A stretch of 17,199 nt of DNA, from assembly GCA_029856365.1 (NCBI GenBank), contig JAHQWW010000079.1, positions 1 through 17,199 on the forward strand, given 5' to 3'. Shown here piece by piece: positions 1 through 8,249 of this stretch (its first letter is position 1; each line of letters begins with the position of its first letter). Made by a program: the position numbers and the translations under genes. The notes below the pieces were generated by a model. It did no database searches. It worked only from the letters and a program-made list of their open reading frames with translations, and was not told the origin of the DNA. Source of the stretch: Candidatus Hodarchaeota archaeon. Lineage in GTDB: Archaea > Asgardarchaeota > Heimdallarchaeia > Hodarchaeales > Hodarchaeaceae.

Positions 1-714
1 AGAAGAAAAGATTTGATCTCTCAGGAAGCTAATGCCAAGACAAGCTTACGTGAAACTATCTTACGAAACCCTAACATCTTATTAGCAATATTATTATTCG
101 CTGGTGTTTCATTAGCGTTTTCAAAGATGCAGACAACCTTAGCATTACTAGGAAATGTACGCTTTGGGTTAGATGAATCTCTTACAGGGGTAATTTTCTT
201 TGTAGTGGGGATAATTGTCATAATCACCCAAGCAGGTCTGATTAAACCCTTATCAAGTCGATTTCCAGATACCACTCTCATTACAGCAGGAATATTTTTC
301 TTGATTGTAGGATTTTTAGGATTAAGTACTGTTACATCTCTTTTAGAGATGATAATTTGGGTAATTCCACTTGCATTCGGATCATCAATTTCAAATCCTA
401 CCCTGGGAGCGTTCTTGTCCAAAGAAACCCCAAGAGAAAATTCAGGAGCTGTTTTAGGTTTAAATCAGGGAATTGGATCCTTGATGAGAATTGGAGGCCC
501 TCTAATTGGGACTGCACTCTTCGAACTAGATGCAGCTTATCCTTATTATTTGGGTGCATTAATTCTTATCATTGGATTTATCATTGCGGGAAGCCTAGTA
601 GTTAAAACACGTTCGTCACTTAAAGACAATCCCTGTCTTCAATGTGGATTTCAGATTCGAGAGGGAGTAACCGTCTGTGATCAGTGTGGATTAAACCAGC
701 TTACTAATACATAA
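1..714 (+). CDS. MFS transporter (DHA1/TetA-like), 5'-partial, with C-terminal zinc ribbon
   Basis: The frame is open from base 1 (RRKDL...). It contains about 6 hydrophobic helices of an MFS C-terminal half with typical segments (QAGLIKPLSSRF, GAVLGLNQGIGSLMRIGGPLIGTALF, PYY) and ends in CLQC-x10-CDQC. Confidence 0.88.
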   Translation, partial: RRKDLISQEANAKTSLRETILRNPNILLAILLFAGVSLAFSKMQTTLALLGNVRFGLDESLTGVIFFVVGIIVIITQAGLIKPLSSRFPDTTLITAGIFFLIVGFLGLSTVTSLLEMIIWVIPLAFGSSISNPTLGAFLSKETPRENSGAVLGLNQGIGSLMRIGGPLIGTALFELDAAYPYYLGALILIIGFIIAGSLVVKTRSSLKDNPCLQCGFQIREGVTVCDQCGLNQLTNT

Positions 715-727
715 GAAAAAGAAAAAT

Positions 728-1420
728 CCTCCTTACATTCTTCTGAGGAGCCCAATAAATAATACCTATACAAAGCACGATGTCTGGTTAAACTTTACCA
801 CCGATGAAGCAACTATTTGGATTGCTTATTCGTTGGATAGTTCCCCGAATGTTACAATAATTAGGACTATATTATTAAACTCACTTTCTGAGGGTTCTCA
901 TTCAATCATTATTTTTACTAATAATACTGTAGGAAATTTAGGAGTTTCTACCATTAATGGGTTAACTATTGACACCATAGCCCCTGTAATTACCATTATT
1001 AGTCCATCAAACAGTACTTATAATGGGGATATAATTTGGTTAAACTTTACTTGTAGTGAATCCACAGTTTGGATCGGTTACTCATTTGATGGTACGAAAA
1101 ATATTACTATTAATGATAATGTGTCATTAGGAATACTAGATGATGGTTCTCACACAATAATCATCTATACTACTGATTCTGCTGGGAAAGTGGAGTATTC
1201 GGACGTTATTTGGTTTACTATAGATTCTACGTCTCCTATAACAATCCCTACATCTTCTACAACTCCTCCTGCAACTACAACAGAATCGACAATCTCGAGT
1301 ATTATTACTGAAAAGAAAACCACAATGACATCGAAATCAAGCTCCTATTCTAATATTTTCACTACTCTATTAATCATAGTTATAATTGTAGCATGTGTTC
1401 AAAGACATAAGCACAAATAA
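728..1420 (+). pseudogene. 5'-truncated cell-surface protein: two Ig-like repeats, Ser/Thr linker, C-terminal TM anchor
   Basis: The frame of the 833 ORF stays open upstream to a TAA at 692-694. Positions 728-832 encode the start of repeat 1 (PPYILLRSPINNTYTKHDVWLNFTTDEATIWIAYS), which aligns with repeat 2 (APVITIISPSNSTYNGDIIWLNFTCSESTVWIGYS). There is no ATG/GTG/TTG or signal peptide ahead of repeat 1. Confidence 0.7.
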
Positions 1421-1428
1421 ATATTGAA

Positions 1429-1635
1429 CTAGATTGGTGGTTTTGAATCCTTTCGTGACTCAGTTGCAGGTTTCCCCTCAATACCCCAATGAGCTTTAGG
1501 GATTTCGTGAATAATGACTTCTACGGCATGAGAGGGAATTCCAGTTTTCACGAATACATTGGTAATACCTTCAATTATTTCCTTAATTCTCTCTTCAGAG
1601 AACCCTTTCCAAATATGGACATGGACAACGGGCAT
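1429..1635 (-). CDS. 4-oxalocrotonate tautomerase family protein (68 aa)
   Basis: Starts M-P-V-V-H-V, giving the catalytic Pro-1. It carries the family patterns EIIEGITNVF and VEVIIHEIPKAHWGIEG. An SD-like GAGGAG precedes the ATG at 1635, so that is the start rather than 1653. Confidence 0.92.
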   Translation of the reverse strand: MPVVHVHIWKGFSEERIKEIIEGITNVFVKTGIPSHAVEVIIHEIPKAHWGIEGKPATESRKDSKPPI

Positions 1636-1855
1636 ATTACATCTCCTCATCAAATTTGCTATTTGTTATTGATCTAACATTCTCTTGTTTTTGCTCTACT
1701 TGCTTGATTTCTTAAATATTTAAGACTTTAGAGGCCATATTTTTTTGAATAATTTTTTATTTTTATATAATCAAAAGGATTTGTTAATAAAGTACCATAT
1801 AGAGGGATTCAACTGTTCAAGCAAATCAGTCATATTAATGAAAGGAAACAGCTGA

Positions 1856-2737
1856 ATGAAATCTTTGATCCTTCTAGTGGAAGATGAGGAGGCATTACTA
1901 GAATATACTAAATTAATTTTGGAAAATAATGAATATAAGATCATAACAGCCAAAAATGGAGTTGAGGCTTTAGAGATTCTTGAAGCAACTGATCACCTGC
2001 CAGATTTAATTCTTTGCGACATCATGATGCCAAAAATGAATGGTTATGATTTTTTCAAAAAAATGATTGATAATCCTGATTGGAACTTAATTCCTTTTAT
2101 TTTTCTTACAGTAAAAGATTCTCCAGAAGATGTTCGTTTTGGGAAGATGCTTGGAGCTGATGATTACATTGCCAAACCAGTTAATGAAATGGATCTTCTA
2201 GCAAGTATAGCTGGAAAAATCAATCGGGGAAGAAGACATAATATTTTGAGTAGACAGATCAGAAATAAATTATTAACAGATAAAAAGATAGAAATAAGCT
2301 CGAAAAAAGGCGAAGAAAAAAAGACAATTATTGTGTTCTTAGTGGTTTGGGATGACAAGATTGGTCCAAAATTAGAAGTTGTTTATCCAAAGAAAACAAA
2401 ATTACCAATTTCAGTCGAAACTATCGGCATCCAATTATTCCAGACAGCAGGACCAATGTATGGTACCATTGACTATTATGCTGCTCAAGGAGTATTACTA
2501 CGAGTTGCTAATATTGACATGGATAGTTATTTATATTTTTCTACCATTGATGACCATGAAGCCCGTGGAGGAAAACGTCAAATTATGGCTGCAACACTCG
2601 CTCAGAGAATAAATTATTTTGAATCATTAAGAATATCGGAAATTCTTGAAGAGTTTGTAGCTGAGAATAAAGAGGTTCAAGAATATAATATAAAAGAATT
2701 ATGGAAAAGAATTGGAGAGATAATAGCACTTTCATAG
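1856..2737 (+). CDS. Response regulator: receiver domain fused to a uDENN/longin-like C-terminal domain
   Basis: Receiver motifs are intact (LVEDE, DLILCDIMMP, FLT, DDYIAKP). The C-terminal domain has VFLVVWDDKIGPKLEVVYP and FSTIDDHEARGGKR. Confidence 0.9.
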   Translation: MKSLILLVEDEEALLEYTKLILENNEYKIITAKNGVEALEILEATDHLPDLILCDIMMPKMNGYDFFKKMIDNPDWNLIPFIFLTVKDSPEDVRFGKMLGADDYIAKPVNEMDLLASIAGKINRGRRHNILSRQIRNKLLTDKKIEISSKKGEEKKTIIVFLVVWDDKIGPKLEVVYPKKTKLPISVETIGIQLFQTAGPMYGTIDYYAAQGVLLRVANIDMDSYLYFSTIDDHEARGGKRQIMAATLAQRINYFESLRISEILEEFVAENKEVQEYNIKELWKRIGEIIALS

Positions 2738-2752
2738 CAATGAATGTAGGTA

Positions 2753-3494
2753 ACGCTATATCAAGTTTGTTATTTAAATCAACCTTAATTTGATGGGATT
2801 TTTGCAGATTTTTCAATGCCAATTCCTGATCCCCCATTAAGGAGTATGTAATTCCAATATTGTTTAGTATTTTGGAAATGTGATCTTTATCTCCTAGGTC
2901 TTCATATATCGGTAAACTTCGCTTATAGTATTCTAATGCGAGGTTAAATTTTCCTTTTGATTGCTGAATAAGTCCCAAGTTATTTAACGAATCAGCAATG
3001 CCTTGTTTATCATTTTCCTTCTCAGAAATTAATAGACTTTGCTCATGAAATACTGCTGCTTGGTCAAGATTACCCATATACCAATAAATTATACCCGCCT
3101 GGCTCAGTAAATCCTTTTTTCTTACCAGAATTTCTTCTTCATTGCCTAGTTCCACGAGTAGCTTTTCTCCTTCCTGTACTGACTGGACTCCTTCATCCAA
3201 ATTACCTAAACGCCAAGAAATCTCAGCTTTGAGTATGAAAGCATCTAATACTCGTAATAAGTTTACTTCTTTTCTGTCTAGTGATAGTAGCTCTTCAACA
3301 CCCACACGTGCTTTTTCCAGTTCTCCAATTTTGATTCTAAGACGACTTTCAAGTAGAAGACAAGTAAATTTATTATTCATAGTCTGTAATTCCCTTGATG
3401 AGATCGCTTCAACTAATTTAAGAGCCGTTTTATAGTCCCCCTCATTCAATAGGAGTTCTATACGCTGTAATTTCTCATGGATAGTATCGTTCAT
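2753..3494 (-). pseudogene. TPR-repeat protein, probably 3'-truncated
   Basis: Likely start MNDTIHEK at 3494 after GGGAG. TPR units: LSQAGIIYWYMGNLDQA, SLNNLGLIQQSKGKFNLA, ILNNIGITYSLMGDQELA. The pattern breaks after KLDIA (~2753); the rest of the ORF to 2583 is mostly antisense to the regulator gene. Confidence 0.72.
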
Positions 3495-3653
3495 ATCTTT
3501 TTCTCCCAAAACTACTTGAAAACGGTTACATAGAGAAAAACTCTTCTTAATGATTCTAGTTCTTCCAAAAGTCAATATCCTTTATCATTTCTCTAGCTAC
3601 ATGTGGATTTTGCGATATGCATTTTTGATAAACGCACGATTAACCACCATGGA

Positions 3654-3681
3654 AAACACTTGAAATGCTGGATTAACACTT
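3654..3681 (+). repeat. Dispersed boundary motif, copy 1 (AAACACTTGAAATGCTGGATTAACACTT)
   Basis: The core AAATGCTGGATTA matches the other copies; the left arm is degenerate. It lies between divergent genes if the starts are 3494 and 3729. Confidence 0.6.
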
Positions 3682-3728
3682 TTGGAAAAACATTTAAATA
3701 TTCAAACCATATCAAACGAGACCTTAAC

Positions 3729-4553
3729 ATGCGATCTGATATGTTTAATTTTCCTGTGGAAATAAAAAAGCTTGATTGGCCATTTAATTCTAATTTTGAT
3801 GAAAATGAGATTCACCAGCTTCTTAATGATTTTGGAGGATTTTTAAAACCTCAAACAAAAGAAGATCGCTTGGAATTCTATGAATTTACTCGTACAGGAC
3901 TAGGCTTAAGTCGATCAGCCATTGTACTCTTTCTACCAGGTAAAGGACATTTCTCCATCAAAGCATATGCATACCCTCCACCAATAACTCTCTCTCTAAA
4001 GAAACCTCCAGTAAGCTTAGCAAATTATCATCGGATGCGGGTTCAGCATTTAATACATTCTCTTGAAGAGCATTTCCCTGATACACATATCATAGAATCA
4101 AAGTCTGAAAACATGTTAATTATTTGTCAGGAATTTTTATTTCATCCAATATGTGAATTCAATACTCCTCAACAAATCAGCCAATTAATTGAAATTCTTT
4201 GGTTAGCATCACGAGCTCGGATTTTATTAGATTATAATCAAAGTAATTGGCTTGTTTCAGGATTGGAATTCCTTTATTATGTTGACACAGATTATATTGG
4301 CCATTCATATGTTAACCTTGATAGATGTCTTTTAGAGAACTTAAACCAATCGATGGCTTTTTTCACACCAGAAAATGTTAAGTTACTACCTCAAGCTCTT
4401 AAAGGTTTTTCTGAACTCAGTGAAACCCACACTAAGTTTATTAATAGATTTAGAAATGTATTGAAGAAGATTATAGAAAGCTGGGACAAAAATAAGTTAT
4501 CAGAAGGAAATAAACAGAAATATGACATATTTGCTCAAATTGTTAAGGCTTAA
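3729..4553 (+). CDS. Hypothetical protein with probable protein-kinase-like (atypical) fold
   Basis: Motifs occur in kinase order: GLGLSRSA (Gly loop), FSIKAY (beta-3 Lys), ICQEFL (hinge), LLDYNQSNWLV (DxxxxN), YYVDTD (DFG-equivalent). The start is more likely ATG 3729 or 3741 than GTG 3603. Confidence 0.6.
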   Translation: MRSDMFNFPVEIKKLDWPFNSNFDENEIHQLLNDFGGFLKPQTKEDRLEFYEFTRTGLGLSRSAIVLFLPGKGHFSIKAYAYPPPITLSLKKPPVSLANYHRMRVQHLIHSLEEHFPDTHIIESKSENMLIICQEFLFHPICEFNTPQQISQLIEILWLASRARILLDYNQSNWLVSGLEFLYYVDTDYIGHSYVNLDRCLLENLNQSMAFFTPENVKLLPQALKGFSELSETHTKFINRFRNVLKKIIESWDKNKLSEGNKQKYDIFAQIVKA

Positions 4554-4570
4554 AGGCTGGAATAGCCCTT
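4543..4570 (+). repeat. Dispersed boundary motif, copy 2 (TTAAGGCTTAAAGGCTGGAATAGCCCTT)
   Basis: The core AAAGGCTGGAATAG overlaps the stop codon at 4551-4553; the left arm is degenerate. It also forms a small GGCT/AGCC hairpin before a T-rich tract. Confidence 0.55.
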
Positions 4571-4863
4571 TTATTTCATTTTTTCTTTATAATTAAGATG
4601 ATGCCTATAAGGTTGTTAAAAAAACAGCCAAAATCTGAACAGAGTTTTTGATTTCTCAATTGAATAAACGGGAAGAGTTTGTGGATCGAAACTTACAACA
4701 AACTGAAGCATGAGATTGAATATCTAAGGCATATTAAAGATGATGTGAATTAATTTTATTACTAAATTTGCTTATCAAAATTCTAATAGTTTTGAAATCA
4801 AAGAAAACTAACAAAAGATTTAAGAATTTTGAAAATTTTATTTTGCTACTCTTTTTAGGAAGC

Positions 4864-6216
4864 TTGAATTTGCTAAATCAAAAGGAAAAGATTTACTATG
4901 GAATGGGTCGCTTTGGGAGCAGTGTAATGTTAAATTTGGTGTCACTTTTCACTTTATATGTTTATGTAAAGTATTTCGCGTTGTCAGGATTATATACTGG
5001 CTTAGCTGCAGGGTTAGGAAAACTAGCTATAGCTCTTGCTTCTTGGTTAAGTGGTTATTTCAGTGATATTACCCCCAATAATCGATTTGGTAGGCGGAGA
5101 GTGTGGGTAATATTCTTTACTCCAATATTAGCATTCTTTTTTGTAATGCAGTTCTCTCCCCAATTTTTCGTTCCATTAGGTAATGAGTTCCTTGTATTTA
5201 TTTATTTGGCAATCTTTGGGTCTGGTTTCCAGGCTTGTTATGCTCTTTTAACAACTCCCTTTCAAGCTTGGATGCCCGAAGTTGTTCCTGAATCTGACAG
5301 AATTGAAGTTTCAGGTTATCAAAATACTGCTAATTTCATTGGAAATCTGGTGGGGACAGCGCTCGGTTTTCTCCTCCCCTCTTTAATCGGTGATCCTGAA
5401 ACAGCTGACATTCTAGGTTCTGCTGGGTTTATCCTTTTAGCTTGTGTATTGATTATTGCAGGTATTGAATTGATATTCTACCTACCAAGTATTTTCTTTG
5501 TTCCAGATCCCCCACGAGAAAATATTCCTCCTCCAAGTCCGCTAAGAGAGCTCAAAATTATTCTAACCAATAGGAACTACGTCTCATGGATTATGGTAAA
5601 CGGAGTTCACACCATTGGTCTAACTTCACTAGCAACAATAGTATTAATCTACATTGAAGATGTGTTACAATTTGAAGTTACTGAGTACATTATCTTTGGA
5701 ATATGCTTGTTCGGAACTCTTATTCTGATGTTTATCTTTTGGGGATATTTCTCTAATCGTTATTCGAAAACTAGAACCTACCTTGTATCACAACTGTATC
5801 TTGCACTTGTGTTACCATCGACTCTAATTGTTGGACAGGGCGTTATACCGTTATCGTTATTAATTCAAGGAATAATTTTTGCTCTCCTCCTAGCAATCGG
5901 GATGTCAGGTTACTTCATACTACCTTACGCTATTATGGGTGACATTGTCGAAAAGGACGAAAAGGATACTGGTGAGACTCGCTCTGGACATTATACTGGC
6001 TTTTTTGGATTACCACTTAACATCTTTCAAGCAGGAGCAGTCATCCTCACAGGTATTCTGGTCGATGAAGAGCTTCTTCCTCTAGTTGCTGGGGAAGAAT
6101 ATACTGTTGGACTTATTCTCTGGGGGCCAGTATGTGGGATCTTTATCTTAATAGCTACAATATTATTTTATTTTTTGGTCAATGCTGATCCTCTAAAAAA
6201 TGCAAAGAATCTGTAA
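4864..6216 (+). CDS. MFS transporter, glycoside-pentoside-hexuronide (MelB/GPH-like) family
   Basis: About 12 TM helices with family motifs EKIYYGMG, GYFSD...RFGRRR, PFQAWMPE...R and MGDIVEKDEKDTGETRSGHYTG. The likely start is TTG 4864 (or 4870) after AGGA. Confidence 0.9.
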   Translation: MNLLNQKEKIYYGMGRFGSSVMLNLVSLFTLYVYVKYFALSGLYTGLAAGLGKLAIALASWLSGYFSDITPNNRFGRRRVWVIFFTPILAFFFVMQFSPQFFVPLGNEFLVFIYLAIFGSGFQACYALLTTPFQAWMPEVVPESDRIEVSGYQNTANFIGNLVGTALGFLLPSLIGDPETADILGSAGFILLACVLIIAGIELIFYLPSIFFVPDPPRENIPPPSPLRELKIILTNRNYVSWIMVNGVHTIGLTSLATIVLIYIEDVLQFEVTEYIIFGICLFGTLILMFIFWGYFSNRYSKTRTYLVSQLYLALVLPSTLIVGQGVIPLSLLIQGIIFALLLAIGMSGYFILPYAIMGDIVEKDEKDTGETRSGHYTGFFGLPLNIFQAGAVILTGILVDEELLPLVAGEEYTVGLILWGPVCGIFILIATILFYFLVNADPLKNAKNL

Positions 6217-6228
6217 TTTAAATGTACG

Positions 6229-6256
6229 GACGTCATCAAAGGCTGGATTAGATAAG
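6229..6256 (+). repeat. Dispersed boundary motif, copy 3 (GACGTCATCAAAGGCTGGATTAGATAAG)
   Basis: Ungapped match to the consensus, 12 bp after the MFS stop, between convergent genes. Confidence 0.75.
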
Positions 6257-6366
6257 AAAAGTATCTACTAGCTATAGATAAACTAATTCAACAATATAAG
6301 CTTTTTTCTTGTCTAAATGATATGAATAGAAATTTCTATAGAACCAATTGCATTTCCAAGTTCTAT

Positions 6367-7248
6367 TCATTCATGTAACAGGTTCTGTTCATATTGGCAA
6401 ATTATTTTTGCTAACAAGTCTAGGGTAATTCCATTTTGGTAAGAAATTTCAATGAACTGTTGTCCTGACTTAGATAGAATTTTAACTCCTGCTCCTGTTC
6501 GTGTTTTAATGTATGAACAGATTTCTTTCAATAAGTCTTTAGCTGTTGAAGTTAATGGAATAACCTCATAATTTGAGGCCTTTCGATTATCTTTTAGGTG
6601 AAATTTATCAGTTTTTCGTGCTAAAGCGAATGTCTCAGTGTGATTACTTTTTGGGAAATCGAATATCGCTGCAATATTCTTCATAATTTCATCGAAAGAG
6701 CTTTTTGTCGCGCAAATCGGGCATTTTCCCGTCAATTTGAGGCTTTCAGCAAAATGAGGTGGGTGAAAAGGATTCTGACACGTTGGACAATAAATAATTT
6801 CCTCTTCTGATGTTATGGGCTGTCTGCAAACACTACATATCTCTCTTGATTCAGTTTTCTTAACTAGTTGTGATCCCTGCTTTGTGGATCTTTCATCCCA
6901 CTGTTCAACCCAAAAAGCATTATTTCCCCGTTCATCTCTTGAATAACTACTATTTCGGGGTCTTGTGGGATTTGATACTAATAATCTATCACCTTTCTTA
7001 AGAGAGGCAGCCAGATTCATATTATATGTATATCCCTGGTCACCCCAGATATACAACGTTCTAACTATTGAATAGAGGTTATCTGTGACTCGCAGCAATC
7101 GGTATGGTGCTGGTCCATATGTTTTCTTTTCTGAACACCTTTCGAAAACTAGACATTCAAATTCTATGTCCATGCGTGTTCCTTCAGGATATGTTTTAGA
7201 ATCTAATAAGGAAATTGCTTCTAGAAAACTGACTTTTCTAAGAACCAT
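6367..7248 (-). CDS. Hypothetical protein: putative OB-fold plus RING-like zinc finger
   Basis: Zinc finger C-x2-C-x12-C-x2-C-x4-H-x2-H-x10-C-x2-C (CSVC...CPTC...HPPH...CPIC). The N-terminal RLLRVTD...LYIWGD...LKKGDRLLVSNP resembles RPA-type OB-folds. Confidence 0.65.
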   Translation of the reverse strand: MVLRKVSFLEAISLLDSKTYPEGTRMDIEFECLVFERCSEKKTYGPAPYRLLRVTDNLYSIVRTLYIWGDQGYTYNMNLAASLKKGDRLLVSNPTRPRNSSYSRDERGNNAFWVEQWDERSTKQGSQLVKKTESREICSVCRQPITSEEEIIYCPTCQNPFHPPHFAESLKLTGKCPICATKSSFDEIMKNIAAIFDFPKSNHTETFALARKTDKFHLKDNRKASNYEVIPLTSTAKDLLKEICSYIKTRTGAGVKILSKSGQQFIEISYQNGITLDLLAKIICQYEQNLLHE

Positions 7249-7428
7249 CTTTACATTTCCAATTGATTATTGTTTGATCTTCTTGAGCTGGCAAAATACT
7301 TCGTCACTTAAAATTTTATTTTTTCAATTTTCAACCTTATTTATTTCTTATGTCAAGTGAGATACAGCAAAAGAGAGTGATTTTGATATTCTAGTCACTG
7401 TTGATCTTTATGATAATTTCAATTTATC

Positions 7429-7456
7429 AACTTTGCGAAAGGCTGAATTAAAACCC
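7429..7456 (+). repeat. Dispersed boundary motif, copy 4 (AACTTTGCGAAAGGCTGAATTAAAACCC)
   Basis: Ungapped match to the consensus, between divergent genes. Confidence 0.72.
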
Positions 7457-7563
7457 ATATTTTGACTAGAAAGAGTATATATTTGAGTAGTATGAAAATG
7501 TGAGAAACAATTGAGAAATCAATTCTTAAAAAGTCAAACTAATTCCATCTGTGTCGAAGGATT

Positions 7564-8103
7564 ATGACGAGTACTCAAATACCAATAAAAATCTGTGTAA
7601 TGAGTAATCCTAATACTATTGCCACCGATCTCCTACAGGATTACACAGGGGATGCACCAACTAGGGAGGTACTTATCGAGGGTAAGTATAATTTCATTAA
7701 AGAAATCGATGCAGATAACTTCCACATTAGTGTTTACTTAAGTCAGCTCTTTAGTCAGGAGTCTCTTAAAAAGATTAGAGAAAAACATTATCGAGGAGCT
7801 ATAGGAGTAATCTATATTTATCAGAAGAATGATAATTCATCATTTAAATCAGCACAATCTTTGTACAATGAATTCAAACAGCTTGAATTCTTTTCTGATT
7901 ACCAAATAATATTTCTTGGAATTTTGGATAGGGAAGTGGCTAATACTGATATTAATCCACTTCTGAAAGAAAATAAAATTACTTATCTTGAAGTGATGGA
8001 AGGAAACGTTCAAACGTTTGATAAAATAATTCGATCAATCATTTCTCACTCCAGTTATTTCCAAGCAATGACCCAAGGATCATGTGACCTTTCCGTGATT
8101 TAG
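7564..8103 (+). CDS. Degenerate Rab/Ras-like small GTPase (probable pseudo-GTPase)
   Basis: The scaffold pattern is kept (IKICVM, QESLKKIREKHYRGAIGVIYIY, SSFKS, IIFLG, TYLEV, NVQTF), but the G1, G3 and G4 motifs are replaced. Confidence 0.75.
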   Translation: MTSTQIPIKICVMSNPNTIATDLLQDYTGDAPTREVLIEGKYNFIKEIDADNFHISVYLSQLFSQESLKKIREKHYRGAIGVIYIYQKNDNSSFKSAQSLYNEFKQLEFFSDYQIIFLGILDREVANTDINPLLKENKITYLEVMEGNVQTFDKIIRSIISHSSYFQAMTQGSCDLSVI

Positions 8104-8249
8104 TACTGTGAGATCCTCAATTTAGATAACTACTGAACGTTCGTATATAGAGATCCTGTCATAACACTGTCAATTTACTGATATTTTAGATTATTATTTA
8201 TTAATATTTATAAATCTAGAAGACTCCATCAGGAATATAGGAGAAAAAA

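Noticed and set aside
4555-4562. GCTGG core as an E. coli-type Chi site (GCTGGTGG)
   Set aside because: Only 5 of 8 bases are shared, conservation extends over 20+ bp, and copies are confined to gene boundaries.
7286-7306. GCTGG and ACTTCGTCA half-matches to the motif
   Set aside because: The halves are in swapped order and short enough to be chance.
8075-8103. C-terminal Cys of the GTPase-like protein as a prenylation signal
   Set aside because: CDLSVI does not fit CaaX, CC or CxC motifs.
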